Positions 12,507 through 24,681 are shown, numbered from the stretch's first letter. The stretch: 64,000 bases of DNA from Hydrolagus colliei (GCA_035084275.1 CM068747.1:23312001-23376000), one strand, 5' to 3'. A program made the numbers and translations. The notes: generated by a model not told the origin, from the letters alone.

Positions 12507-12590
12507 TGCCGGAGGTTCCTAAGAAGCCAGTGGCTGAAGAAGTCAAACCAGTTACTGTTCCAAGAAGAAAGGTGTCTCCACCCACTGAAG
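12507..12590 (+). CDS. ttn: titin PEVK exon (84 nt) VPEVPKKPVAEEVKPVTVPRRKVSPPTE
   Basis: AG/GT flanks, phase 1-1. Confidence 0.92.
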
Positions 12591-12847
12591 GTACAATACT
12601 AAAAAGATAGCATTTATAAAAATCTTCATCTTTAGTTAGTGTGATTACAAGTTCCCATCATTAGAATGAAAACTGTGTCTACATTTCACAAGCGTCTCTT
12701 AAACTCTGTCCAGATTCTGCTTCTGGTTCTTCTTCTGATGTTGTTTTCTGTCGGTTTTGTCTGTGACATTTAGTGTTAGTTTGTGTGTTCAATCTTCTGT
12801 GTATTTTCTTGAGTGAAAGTTTCCTAAAATGCAAATGTTCTTTAAAG

Positions 12848-12931
12848 TGCCGGAGGCTCCTCGGAGACCAGTGGCTGAAGTAGTGAAACCAGTTAGTGTT
12901 CCTAGAAAGAAGGAGATTCCTCCGATTGAAG
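12848..12931 (+). CDS. ttn: titin PEVK exon (84 nt) VPEAPRRPVAEVVKPVSVPRKKEIPPIE
   Basis: AG/GT flanks, phase 1-1. Confidence 0.92.
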
Positions 12932-13394
12932 GTACAAAGCAAATTTTATTGCAGTTACAAGTTCCCATTCTTCTTCGAATTCTTCGTAGAAGGATCTTCA
13001 TTTCTTGATAATGGTTCTGATGGAATGAGTCAACACCATATTTATTCATTGATGTTCTGCTACAGTCTTTGTGATGTGTGAGTTTATGTTTTACTTTGTC
13101 GGTGTTAGAATGAAGAGTAGTTGTAGCATGATAACATTTTATGATAACTTGTGAAGCAACATATTCTTGCAACGTATTTCAACGTTTGCAGAACTCATAA
13201 TGCTTCAGTGAATTAAAAATCCACAAGAAATTATATCCAATATTAATTACAAACTATGAAGGATTATATTTCAAAATGCTTGAACAAAACCAAACTGCAA
13301 AATGTATTTTAGTTGTAAAGAGAGTAGCAATATTCCCAAATCATTTGCTGCTCAATGTGTATTCTCTCAGTGCAGAAGAGTCCCAGTTTTTGTC

Positions 13395-13560
13395 CAGCTA
13401 ATAATAATATAATAATAATGCTCGCATTTGATGTAGCATCTTATCATGTCTTTGAGACGTCTCAAAAGGCTTCACGGAAAAAGTGTAAAGTGAATTGACT
13501 GTATATTTTGTGGGACAATCTCGGCAGCCAATAGCCCACCAACAGTTGTGGATTGAGTGA
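13395..13560 (-). mobile_element. Deu-domain SINE 3' fragment
   Basis: (ATA)n tail plus gcatttgatgtagc..ttatcatgtctttgagacgtctcaaa; homologous to the 40955 copy. Confidence 0.65.
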
Positions 13561-13777
13561 CCATATTTTTTTCTTTTGAACATCACGACACATTATTTTT
13601 TAAATAAACTTTTACTTTGATGTATTATTCATAGTTTTGGTTCAATACAGTGTGTTGTCTTCAGTCAGTGTTTGCTCTGTCATGTGTGTCATTTTACTGT
13701 GGGATGTTATTTGTACGTCCCCTGTTATATATGTTTTCTTGAGTGAATCTATGCTTACACGATAATATTCTTTAAAG

Positions 13778-13861
13778 TGCCGGAGGTTCCTAAGAAACCA
13801 GTGGCTGAAGAAGTCAAACCTGTCACTGTTCCAAGAAGAAAAGAGATTTCTCCTGCTGAAG
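13778..13861 (+). CDS. ttn: titin PEVK exon (84 nt) VPEVPKKPVAEEVKPVTVPRRKEISPAE
   Basis: AG/GT flanks, phase 1-1. Confidence 0.92.
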
Positions 13862-14114
13862 GTACACAACTAAGAGAGCGATTTCATAAAATCTTCATTC
13901 TTAATCAGTGTGGCTACAAGTTCCCATCAGTAAAATAAAAACGGTGTCCATACTTCTCTTAAACCTCTGTCCAGACCCTGCTTATGGTTCTTCTTCTGAT
14001 CTTGTTTGCTGCTGGTTTTGTCTGTGAAGTTTAAATGTTACTACTTTATGTGTTGAGCTTTCCATATATTTTTTGGAGTGAATCGTTCCCTAAACCGTTA
14101 ATATTCTTTTAAAG

Positions 14115-14198
14115 TGCCGGAGGTTCCTAAGAAACTAATGGCTGAAGAAGTCAAACCTGTCCCTGTTCCAAGAAGAAAAGAGATTTCTCCTGCTGAAG
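14115..14198 (+). CDS. ttn: titin PEVK exon (84 nt) VPEVPKKLMAEEVKPVPVPRRKEISPAE
   Basis: AG/GT flanks, phase 1-1. Confidence 0.92.
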
Positions 14199-14450
14199 GT
14201 ACACAACTAAGAGAGAGATTTCATAAAATCTTCATCCTTAATCAGTGTGGCTACAAGTTCCCATCATTAAAATAAAAACGGTGTCTATACTTCTCTTAAA
14301 CCTCTGTCCAGACCCCGCTTATGGTTCTTCTTCTGATCTTGTTTGCTGCTGGTTTTGTCTGTGAAGTTTAAATGTTTCTACTTTATGTGTTGAGCTTTCC
14401 ATATATTTTTTGGAGTGAATCGTTCCCTAAACCATTAATATTCTTTAAAG

Positions 14451-14534
14451 TGCTGGAGGTTCCTAAGAAACCAATGGCTGAAGAAGTCAAACCTGTTACT
14501 GTTCCAAAAAGAAAGGCGTCTCCACCAACTGCAG
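14451..14534 (+). CDS. ttn: titin PEVK exon (84 nt) VLEVPKKPMAEEVKPVTVPKRKASPPTA
   Basis: AG/GT flanks, phase 1-1. Confidence 0.92.
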
Positions 14535-15486
14535 GTACAAAACTAAGAGAGATTTTAGAAAACCTTGCTCATTACCGAGTACCCATCTCTAGAAATGAAA
14601 ACTGTCTCCCCATTTCTTCGTTCATTCATCTCTCAACTTTTTGTTCCGGTGGAATTAAACACCATTTTTTTAAATTCACTTGTTCTTTATTGTGTGTCAA
14701 TCTTTATTCATCAAAGTTGTGTTCTGTTGCAGTGTTGTGATGTCCCATTTTGTGTTCATATCCGTCTGTGTCTTTCATATTCTCATTAAATAGCAGTTGT
14801 AACTTTATATTTTCAAGAGGAAATTGTAATAGGACTACAGGCTTGCCAAGAATTCAACTGAAATGCATTCTAGGACACCAAACGTTCCCACCTGGCCTTA
14901 GAATTCCTCCATTTAAGAAGCATTTTAAAGTGTGCAACATTTGGCAAATTGGTGAATTTAGTCTTAACTTTGAAGTTGATTTTCTTTAGCTCTTAAAACA
15001 ACTTACACAAAAATTGTTTCGAAATAGAGGAGGCATTCAAGAACATGCTAAAATGCTGCATAAATAAAGTAAACTGAGACCCAGATTGAATTTTCACCTG
15101 CTAACTGCCAAGCTGATTAAATCTGTAAATAAGAATTCAACCCCAAACCAATGGACATTATGATATGTTTTACCAAGTTTTATAAGCCGACCTGCTTTGA
15201 AGTTTGGATATTTGGGTAAATAATTATTATTTGTGACGCTAAACCATTTCAAATAATTCTTGCATCTCATGGATTTACACCCTTTGTTGTATCAATGTTG
15301 AAGGGTGCCTATTAATTCCAGCTGTCATCCAAAATCCTTGCTATTCGCTCCCAAGACTGCTTACTAAATGTGTCATCTTGAGGGAGTTTTAACTGCTATG
15401 TATGTGTGGATCATTACTTTTATGTCTACAAAGTTCTTTGTATTATCTTGAGTGGATCTTTTCTTAAACAATAATATTCTTTAAAG

Positions 15487-15570
15487 TGCCTGAAGTTCCT
15501 AAGAAGCCAGTGGCTGAAGAAGTGAAACCAGTTACTGTTGCAAGAAAGAAGGAGATTCCTCCAATTGAAG
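15487..15570 (+). CDS. ttn: titin PEVK exon (84 nt) VPEVPKKPVAEEVKPVTVARKKEIPPIE
   Basis: AG/GT flanks, phase 1-1. Confidence 0.92.
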
Positions 15571-16235
15571 GTACAAAATTAACTGGAAGTATTCTATAAA
15601 ACCTTGGTTCTTATTCAGTGTATTGGGCGGGTCTGTTCCCACCATGAGAATGAAAACTGCATTTATCAGCCATTCCTTGACTGTGCTGCTCATTCTTTAA
15701 TCACCACAATGTTCTGTTCTGTAACAGTGTTTCAAAGTCAGAGTTTATGTTTTCCGTTTGTGTTTCTGTCATTTGTTGTGCTAGAAATAGCAATAATAAT
15801 ATTTTAATGTTAAAAATAGTTGCTTTCAAGTGCAGGCAAGATATTTGCTGAACTTACGATGTTTCATTGAATTTAACGCCAATTTGGCATGTAGTCCAAT
15901 GAGTGGAAAATAGTTATTTAATATAATTCTAATATCATTTCAACACGTTTTCAATTGATATATTGTGACACTGCCAAAAAATACTTTCTCTATACTGTAT
16001 ATCTACACATTCAAGAAGTTTCAAAGGTATGTATATTTTCTCAGCCTCATTTAGTATATTGTGTTACCCTGGGAGTAGGTCATATACTTTCAGAAAATTG
16101 CATCGAATTAGAGAGGAGTATGTTTTGTCTGTTGTGAGTCTTTATTTTTTTCCAGATCTGTCATTCAAATATCATGTAACTTGTGCTTTAATTTCTTGAG
16201 TGAATCTCATCTCAAAATGTTCATGTTCTTTAAAG

Positions 16236-16319
16236 TGGCCAAGGTTCCTTTGAAAGCACCTGAAGAAGTACCGAAACCAGTCCCTGCCTCAAGGAAGGAA
16301 GAGGTCGCTCCAGTTAAAG
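16236..16319 (+). CDS. ttn: titin PEVK exon (84 nt) VAKVPLKAPEEVPKPVPASRKEEVAPVK
   Basis: AG/GT flanks, phase 1-1. Confidence 0.9.
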
Positions 16320-16776
16320 GTAAACAATTAAAAAAAAAGACTGCACAAACATTAATACTGCCTACCAAGCTCCCTGATACTGATCTTCTTTAATCATAGC
16401 TAGTCCATTGCCAACTGCAAACTTTAATTGACTTGATGAGTATTTACGAGATTGTTTTGCATCAAACTGCATTGGAAAAGCAAACAAATGGAATAATTGT
16501 GAAGATGGTAAATTTAAAATAAGATGCAATGAGAAGTATTTGCATATATTCAGCATCCTAATAGCTAATACAATGAAATCTTGATACAGAGGGGACATCA
16601 TTTAGTCATGGTGAATTGTAGGCGCATGGTTTGGGATTTAAGAATGATGTGCTGAAAACCGACTGTTACCTTGTGTTAGTTTTGTTCATCATGTGTGCAC
16701 TTCATGTTGTCCAATGCGGTTTTCAAATCGCTTCAACAATTGAGTCTGATTCTTGAATTGCTAACGTTCTTTAAAG

Positions 16777-16860
16777 TGCCAGAGATCCATAAGAAGCCAA
16801 TCGTTGAAGAAAAGAAGTCAATTACTGTTCAAAGAAAAGAGGAAGTCATCATAGTTGCAG
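16777..16860 (+). CDS. ttn: titin PEVK exon (84 nt) VPEIHKKPIVEEKKSITVQRKEEVIIVA
   Basis: AG/GT flanks, phase 1-1. Confidence 0.9.
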
Positions 16861-17429
16861 GTATAGAAAAAATGCAGAAGAACTTTATACTCTCAGTCTT
16901 GCTGCAGAATTTATGTTTGTAGCATTATAGAGAAATCTACTTCTGCTTTTTATTGCTTTCTTGTGATTCCTAGCCAGACACAGCTTCTTGTGCTGTTTGT
17001 TAAAGTGCTTCTTTTCTGTGATGTTTTGTTGTGTTGCGAAACTAATGTTTTATGTTAAGCTTCAGGTCTGTGTGTGCTGTCATAACTGTAACTTCCAGGG
17101 TGGGTGGGGGGGAGGGAGCTTAACCTTTACAGTTACGGTATTAACATTTGTGAAGTTAAATTTGCAAATTTCAATTTAAACAGACTTTTTTTTTTAATTA
17201 CCAGCAAAACTGGTAAATAACAATTTGAGTTGTGTTGGCAAAAGGATTCTGTCAATACAATTCATATGGTGTGGTTTTAATGTCAAATAGATTATTTACC
17301 AGTATTACACAGTTGTGTGGTTGTTCTGTTTGTCTTGTGTGTCTCTTCTTACCCTGATTTTTTAAGCATCATTGCTGTTTTATTGGAGTAAGTCTCATCT
17401 TTATAAAATCGTGCACTTTAAACACCCAG

Positions 17430-17507
17430 CTCCTCATAAGAAGCCAGTTGTTGAAGAACCAAAACCAGTTTCTGTGCTAAGAAAAGAAGAGGTCACTGAA
17501 GTACAAG
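17430..17507 (+). CDS. ttn: titin PEVK exon (78 nt, shifted acceptor) APHKKPVVEEPKPVSVLRKEEVTEVQ
   Basis: Family acceptor reads tttaaaC; an in-frame CAG lies 6 nt downstream; donor CAAG|gtacaa. Confidence 0.7.
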
Positions 17508-18402
17508 GTACAAAATTTGCAGAGAATTTCATGTGTTCAATGTAGTTGCTGCATTCTTGCCAGATGTTACATTCTTATCTCACCATTTTACTGTAAACCA
17601 TGTCTGTTTTCCATGTTTGGCCCATACAGAATAATCAGAACCTTGTTTCTGGTGCAGTGTGCAATCGAAATGCTATTTGTCTTCTCTATATTGAAGTCAA
17701 AGCACAACATTCACACTAAACCCTGAATGTGCCCTGTCTGTAACACTGTAGTGTCATAACTTGTTTTATGGCAGTATGTAGCATCGAAACCATCAAAACA
17801 GTAGCCCCGTCGTGATTTTACATCAAGGATGTTTCAGCGTTTTATTGAAACGATCATTTGAGTTTGAAGTTCTGAACCTTTATTGAAATTAATATAAATT
17901 TAATGGAACAAAATTGAGATCTGAGAATTTCCTTCTTCCATTTCCTCCCCCTCCTAAACTGAAGGTATTAATTTGTCCGAGGATACAATTCCAAAAGCAT
18001 TGACTCCCATTTGAACCCTTGTTGAAGTAAAATTATTTTTCACATGTGATGCCTGGCAATGATTGTCCAGATCACATAGCAAGAATTGTCATGGGGGCAG
18101 ATGTGGTCAAAGAGAATTCCAACACCGGCTTCACTCATGATTTGTTGAATTGGTAAAATCAAAATGATGTTGGCTGATTTATTCAAAGATCCCCATTATT
18201 AACTGCTACTGTTTTGTTGTCAAAATGAAGATATTGCCCTTTTTGTTACCAATTGTCTTTGTTAAGTGACCTCATCACTTTGTGTTTGTTAAGTGTATCG
18301 GGTTCATGTGTTTGTTCTGTCTTAATTACTTTGAAACCATTCGGGAATTGCTTGCGCTTTCTTGAATGATTTGTATCTTAAACAAAATAATATTCTTCAA
18401 AG

Positions 18403-18486
18403 TGGCGGAGTATCACGAAGAGTTTTATGCAGAAGAATATCAAGAAGTCATCGTTCAAAGCAGAGAGGAAGTTTCTTCAGTGAAAG
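18403..18486 (+). CDS. ttn: titin PEVK E/Y-rich exon (84 nt) VAEYHEEFYAEEYQEVIVQSREEVSSVK
   Basis: tattcttcaaag|...AAAG|gtataa, phase 1-1. Confidence 0.88.
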
Positions 18487-19089
18487 GTATAATATACCCA
18501 GGATTTCCTGTCAGCTTTTTAACTGCACCACTTTCTTACTGTTGGGAGTGAAAATAATCTCTTGAATGGTGCTTCTTCTTATCCAAACATTATTTGTTGT
18601 CTCTGCATTTGTCTATTAATTTGTATTCATTTACTCTGACATCCAGATTATCTTTGAAGTTTGCATACACCATAAGTGCTATAATGCCACTAGCCTTATC
18701 TATTAGGCTAATAAAAATATTTATTATTAATATAGCAACACACTGTCAATTAGAATATGACTTGTAGCAGTTATTTAATGTATTACTAAACCATCAAAAC
18801 TGGAATCATTTGCTGACGTGATCATTGCATTTACTAAATTAACAGTATAAATAGTGGGAAAATAATTCATTTACAGCAAATGATATTGAGATAAATAATC
18901 GATTACTGCAGAAATATCTTGATTTTTACCAGTTACTGCACATTGGCAACAATTGACAAGTACAGGTTCAGGAATTTCATTGAGAAATAGTACTTTGTGC
19001 TGGTCATATAGGTTTCATATCATCTTCATATATTGAAATATTCTAAAAACTGAACGAACCTTATCTTAAAATAATATTGTTCTTTGAAG

Positions 19090-19167
19090 TACCAGTGCCT
19101 TCTAAGAAGCTGGTAGCTGAAGAAGAGAAACTAGTCACTCTAACGAGAAAAACCACTGCTGTAAAAG
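19090..19167 (+). CDS. ttn: titin PEVK exon (78 nt) VPVPSKKLVAEEEKLVTLTRKTTAVK
   Basis: AG/GT flanks, phase 1-1. Confidence 0.88.
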
Positions 19168-19730
19168 GTAAAAGAAAAATTTGCTGAAGGATTTCCTAGG
19201 CATATTTGTACTTACCATACATTCCAGCTGAAAACATTTCATTTGTAACCCATTACACAGCTCTGGCACTTATTCAATGCAACATCCTCCTCCATATTCA
19301 TTCACCTAATTGTGCTACTCTGCTATGTTTGGTTTCAATTCATGTGCGTTGTTCGTGCTTTTCCAACAATAGCCTTTTTATATTGTATGAAAGAAACAAG
19401 TATTCCTTGTCAAATAGCATGCAACTAATTTAAAGGAGATTTGATCTTATACTAACTAAAAATTATGCAGATGACACAGAAAAAATTAACACGTAAATAA
19501 TTATATTATTTAATGGTTGCAGAAATGTGCCCACTATTGCTAATTGCTCAATCAGGGGTTACATCACATCAAGGGCTTTCAGTTTTAATTATATTTTTTC
19601 AAGAATGGATGTCATGTTGTACTAGTTTTGTCTATTGTGTGCTTTTATGTGTTGCCTTGGTTTGTCTAAATGGCTTCAATCTGAAATGTCCTGAATGTAT
19701 CTCATCTTAAACAAATAATCTTCTTTGAAG

Positions 19731-19811
19731 TGCCAGAGGTCGCTAAGAAACCAGTTCCTGATAAACCTAAACTAGTTCCTGTGCCAAAGAAAGAAGCTGA
19801 ACCAGCCAAAG
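19731..19811 (+). CDS. ttn: titin PEVK exon (81 nt) VPEVAKKPVPDKPKLVPVPKKEAEPAK
   Basis: AG/GT flanks, phase 1-1. Confidence 0.92.
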
Positions 19812-19983
19812 GTACAACTACACACTCGGATTGATCTAAATCTCGTATTGTGCCATCTTTGCCAAGTTTCTACATTCATAGTCTTTGCATTAATCATAGC
19901 CAGAAATGATCTTCTGGTGCTTCTTTCATTCTTGCCATTCATATCACTATCTTTCCCTGTGTTTGTTTGTTGTCATGTGCAGC

Positions 19984-20652
19984 TCTGCCTTCCCTCACCT
20001 CCGCAACGTTGCCCGACTCCGCCACAATCTCACCCCTCAGGCCGCTGAAACCCTCATTCATGCCTTCATCACAACCGGGCTTGACTACGCCAATGCCCTG
20101 CTTGTCGGCCTTCCCAATTCCTCCCTCCATAAGCTGCAACTCATCCAGAACTCAGCGGCCCGTGTCCTCTATCGCTCCAAGCTTGGTGACCCCATCTCCC
20201 CCATTCTCGCCTGACTCCGTCGGCTCCCCATCACCCAGAGGATTCCATTCAAGATCCTGCTGTTCACCTTCAAAGCCCTCCATGGCCTCACCCCACCCTA
20301 CCTTTGTAACCTTCTAACCCCTTAATAACCTGCCCGCTTCCTCTGCTCAGCAGCCTCCGGCCTGCTCCATGTCCCCCGACCCACCCGCCCCACCATCTAC
20401 CGGCGAGGCTTCAGCCACTCTGCCCCCAACCTATGGAATTCCAGAGTCGCTCCACTTCACCTCTTCCTAGCCTCCTTCAAGTCCAGCCTCAAGACCCTCC
20501 TTTTCGACGGTGCCATCGGTCACCTAAATCCTCTCCTTTCGTTCCACCTTCCCCGATCCTGACCCCAGCTCGCGTTTGAAACATTGATTGTCCAGTGCTT
20601 TGGGACGTCCTCCCAATGTGAAAGGCGCTATACAAATGTAATTTTGTTGTTG
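19984..20652 (+). mobile_element. L2-clade LINE 3' fragment
   Basis: AETLIHAFITTGLDYANALLVGLP..LQLIQNSAARVL; (GTT)n tail. Confidence 0.9.
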
Positions 20653-20775
20653 TTAATTGCCAGTTATTCATTTGTCATCATTGTTCATCTAGTCACATTG
20701 TCATCCAGTTGTTCAAATTTGTTACGTGGACTTTTATGAAATAATCTAATATTAAGACAATAATCTTCTTTAAAG

Positions 20776-20856
20776 TGCCAGAGGTCGCTAAGAAACCAGT
20801 TCCTGACAAACCTAAACCAGTTATTGTGCCAAAGAAAGAAGCTGAACCAGCCAAAG
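20776..20856 (+). CDS. ttn: titin PEVK exon (81 nt) VPEVAKKPVPDKPKPVIVPKKEAEPAK
   Basis: AG/GT flanks, phase 1-1; duplicate of the 19731 exon. Confidence 0.92.
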
Positions 20857-21558
20857 GTACAAAACTACACACACGGATTGATATAAATCTCGTATTGTGC
20901 CATCTTTTTTCTTTTCATGATAAGTAACACAAGTTTCTATGTTCATAGTCTTTTCATCAAACATAGCCAGAAACCATATTCTGGTGCTTCTTGTCATTGT
21001 TACCGTTCATGTCAGTATCTTTCCGTGTGTTTATTTGTTGTCTTGTACAGCTCTGTTTCTCTGAGACAGATAATAGTGTTTGTTTGAAATTTGTGTGTAC
21101 CAAACATGTCAGAAAATTAGCTGTTTAACATTAGTACGATAAAAATCCCATTGAATTTTAAAATACATACTTTTTCAAGATGTAATGAATCTTAATATTA
21201 TTTGAGTGCCAAGAACTAGAAGTAATATTATTTATCATAGCACTGAGAACTAGTTTATTGTATTTGGAACAGTATTAATAAAGTAACTGAGCGAATAAAA
21301 GTGTGCTTCATTTATGAAGAAGGTAAGAAGGTATTTCATTTTAATTATATCAGCAAATCTGATTGATTAATGGAAAGATCCTTACCCCTTATTTAAGGTA
21401 ATGTGTTAGTTGGTCAGTATTGGCACAGTACACACGCAAATAAGTGTTATTCATTTGTCATCATTGTTCGTCTGGACAGATTGTCTTCCAGTTGTTTAAA
21501 TTTGTTACGTGGACTTTTGTGAAATAATCTAATTTTAAGACAATAATATTCTTTAAAG

Positions 21559-21642
21559 TGCCAGAGGTTCCTAAGAAGCCTGCTCTTGAAGAAGAAAAAC
21601 CCATCATTGTTCCAAGAAAATTGGAGGTTGCTCCAACAAAAG
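21559..21642 (+). CDS. ttn: titin PEVK exon (84 nt) VPEVPKKPALEEEKPIIVPRKLEVAPTK
   Basis: AG/GT flanks, phase 1-1. Confidence 0.92.
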
Positions 21643-22119
21643 GTACAAAAACCCACAGAAGGATTCTATGTGAGACATCTGTGCTTACGTTGCGTTGAAT
21701 CATGCTCTTATCATTACAATGAAAAGTTGTCTACTTTTCATGATCATCTTTCAGTGCTCACTAACAATCGATTATGGGGCAATTATTGTGGAATGCCTTG
21801 TCTGTTCATGTGTTCTTCTCTTTTGATGTGTTGTGTCTCCTCTTATTGTCATATCAAAAACAAATCCAAATTAGAATATAATGTTGGATAAAGTAGGATC
21901 TTTGAAAGGTTGAATCTCTTAAGAAGTGTGCATTATCTAAATGCAGTCAAAGCCGCAATGGAAATCAATGCATCATGTTTAGGAATGGGAGAAGGCCATT
22001 TGGCCCACCAGCCAGAATCAAGACTTTCACCTCACTCATCCCAATTCCCTGCTTCCTTTTACCAGTGAACAGTTGTTTTGGATTACTGTGACTTGGATAG
22101 AATAGAAATTTTGGGGGGT

Positions 22120-22450
22120 CAACAGTACAGCGGTAGTAATCTTGCCTCTGAATCAGACGATTGTAGGTTGAAGCCTCACATCGGGACTTAGAATCACCAC
22201 AGTCTGTCCTGACACTCCACTGCAGTTTTGGGGGGTGTGATGCATTGTCAGAGGTGCTATCCATCCAGCAAGACGTTAAACTGAGATCCCATCTGTCAGT
22301 TCAGATGGATGTTAAAGATCCCATGGCACAATTCAAAAAGAGAAGAGAGATTTTCCCAGTGTTCTTGCCAACAATCTCCCAAATAAAATTGGTCACCCAC
22401 CGCAAGGCTGATTTGGGGATATTTCTGGGCGCAAATTGGCTACTTGACCT
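22120..22450 (+). mobile_element. Deu-SINE (SacSINE1/AmnSINE1-like)
   Basis: tRNA-like head plus gaggtgct..agacgttaaactgag..ggatgttaaagatcccatggcac, the Deu-domain signature (recalled). Confidence 0.7.
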
Positions 22451-22569
22451 TATTTGTTCATCATTTTGAAAGGAGGAGTTCTTGGGTGGGGAAGAGGATA
22501 TGTATTTTAATAGTTATCTATATTTTCATGAATGGCTTGAGTCTGATATACAAATAATGTTCTTTCAAG

Positions 22570-22653
22570 TGCCAGAGGTTCCCAAGAAGCCAGTTCCCGA
22601 AGAGGTGAAACCAGAAGCTGTGCCAACAAAAGACAAGGTTGCTCCAGCCAAAG
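22570..22653 (+). CDS. ttn: titin PEVK exon (84 nt) VPEVPKKPVPEEVKPEAVPTKDKVAPAK
   Basis: AG/GT flanks, phase 1-1. Confidence 0.92.
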
Positions 22654-23161
22654 GTACAGAAGGGGATTTCACAGTCTTATTCTTACATTGTATTTCTTAT
22701 GTATCTCACATTTGTGTTGGTTTGGACATTGTCATGTGCCTGTGTGTGTCTGATTTGAATGGATCATTAATACTGCCCTGCCCTGCCTTTGGTCCTGATA
22801 TCAAAGCAACTGCTCAATACCAGTTAAATGTCAAGTGAATTTTGAAACGTTGAATATGTATTATCTCACTGTAAACGTCTTATTGATCAGAGGATGCTGA
22901 TTTCAATCGATGCGTTTGCGAATTTATCTCTGAAAAGAATGAATTCTGGAGCACAAAACATGTGGATGTTTTTGAAAAAATCATATTTTCATGGGAAGGC
23001 AAAGTGTTTTGCAATCGGTATTTATGGTCCATAAACACCGATTTGAAAAATGTCATATTCCGCTAAAGTTTGGAGCTCATATTATCTTAACATGTGGTCA
23101 ACATACTGTGTACATCAATGAAGATACTTGACCTTGAAATGGTTATTTTGCTTGTGTAAAG

Positions 23162-23257
23162 TGCCAGCCGTTCCCAAGAAGGAGGTTGCTGAGAAAGTGA
23201 AACCAGCTGTTGTTCCAAAGAAAGAGATAATTATTCCGAAGAAAGATGCAGGAAAAG
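23162..23257 (+). CDS. ttn: titin PEVK exon (96 nt) VPAVPKKEVAEKVKPAVVPKKEIIIPKKDAGK
   Basis: AG/GT flanks, phase 1-1. Confidence 0.9.
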
Positions 23258-23759
23258 GTACAGAAATGAACCCAATGTTTTGTGCCCCCTTTGTAATAAA
23301 ATACGTGTTCGTAATTCCAGAACACTTTCATTTAATCATGGAAATACTCCATTGATTTATGTTATATGAAGGAAATGCCTTGCTGAGGATGAAGTATTAA
23401 TATTCCATTTTATCTCTGCGCTTTGTGGTTACAGGAACTGCTCATTTTATAATTCTGTCTAAGGAGGGCCCTTTTTTGCACATCTAGCATTTATTTTAGA
23501 AACTATATACAGTACAGTACAAACAAAAGATTTCCCTTTATAAAGACAATGGAAATGATCTACAATATAATGTTTCTCCTGATAATTTGGTTATAATTTG
23601 ATTTTTAAAAATTGGTTAATATATCTTTTTATTGATTGTGCATTTGGTGTTTAATTACGTTGTGGATGTGTTGTGATGTGTGTGTTGTTTTGTTGAGTAA
23701 GTATGGAGGAATTACTGTCCTTAAGTAATTTAAATCTAATCTACGTGTATTCTCTGAAG

Positions 23760-23831
23760 TGCCAGAGGTTCCAAAGAAGCCTGAAGCTGTGCAACTTAAA
23801 CCTGTTCCAAGAAAAGAAGAAGCACCAAAAG
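23760..23831 (+). CDS. ttn: titin PEVK exon (72 nt) VPEVPKKPEAVQLKPVPRKEEAPK
   Basis: AG/GT flanks, phase 1-1. Confidence 0.92.
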
Positions 23832-24606
23832 GTAAAAGAATAAGGCAACACAATGTTTCACATCAACGTTTCTCAAAAGAATCATTCCGAAAACTCTTGA
23901 AACTCCTCTTTGTAATCCATTGGATATTTGTGTTCATAACTTCTTAGCTGTCTTATTTATTGTGATATTGTGTCTGTTCTGTTATTATGGTTGATCGTTT
24001 TCGTTCAAAAATAACTTGAGTGAAGAAAAGCATACATAGATTTACTTTACCTGAAAACAGAGAGGTAGAATAGTGTCGTTAACTAATCTCTTAAACTATC
24101 TTGTAGAAAATAGAACACTATTACAGAAGAATTTAGATTACGTAAATATGGAAGCAGTATTGCAGCCATCACAAGATCACAGGTTTTGTTTGAATGAAGA
24201 AGTCCCTTTAGCTCCTTTGACCTTACATTTGTAGCACTACACACTTAATATTTCAGATTCTTTGATTTTCGTTCCTGCAATTTTTCAATGAATAAAAATA
24301 TAATAAATTCCCTGTTTTGTTACATATACGTAGACAGTAGGGGATAGGGTTTCATTGTTGGAATAGTTTATAATTATTTAAAGTAGCTACTTAGCAAGTA
24401 AGACTCACAATTTGCCTTTCTCAAGTCTTCTAATATTGACTTGGAAAAAGTTTGTGTGTCAATTGTCTAGTGTAGAAAGTCTAAAGAAGTAGATTTGACT
24501 GACAGTAACTGTTTCTATGTCTGTTGTGTGCGATTGTGTCTTGCTGTATTTATGTGGCTCAATGCTTCCTTGGTACATCTGTCCTAAAAAATAATATTCT
24601 TTGAAG

Positions 24607-24681
24607 TGCCCAAAGTTGACAAGAAAGCACAACCTCCACCCATCAGCATTTCAAGAAAAGAAGCAATTATTTCAAAAAAAG
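24607..24681 (+). CDS. ttn: titin PEVK exon (75 nt) VPKVDKKAQPPPISISRKEAIISKK
   Basis: AG/GT flanks, phase 1-1. Confidence 0.88.

Larger units (their letters stand above)
13730..14540 (+). repeat. 336-337 bp tandem duplication (exon + intron)
   Basis: Exons at 13778, 14115, 14451 with near-identical intervening introns. Confidence 0.9.
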
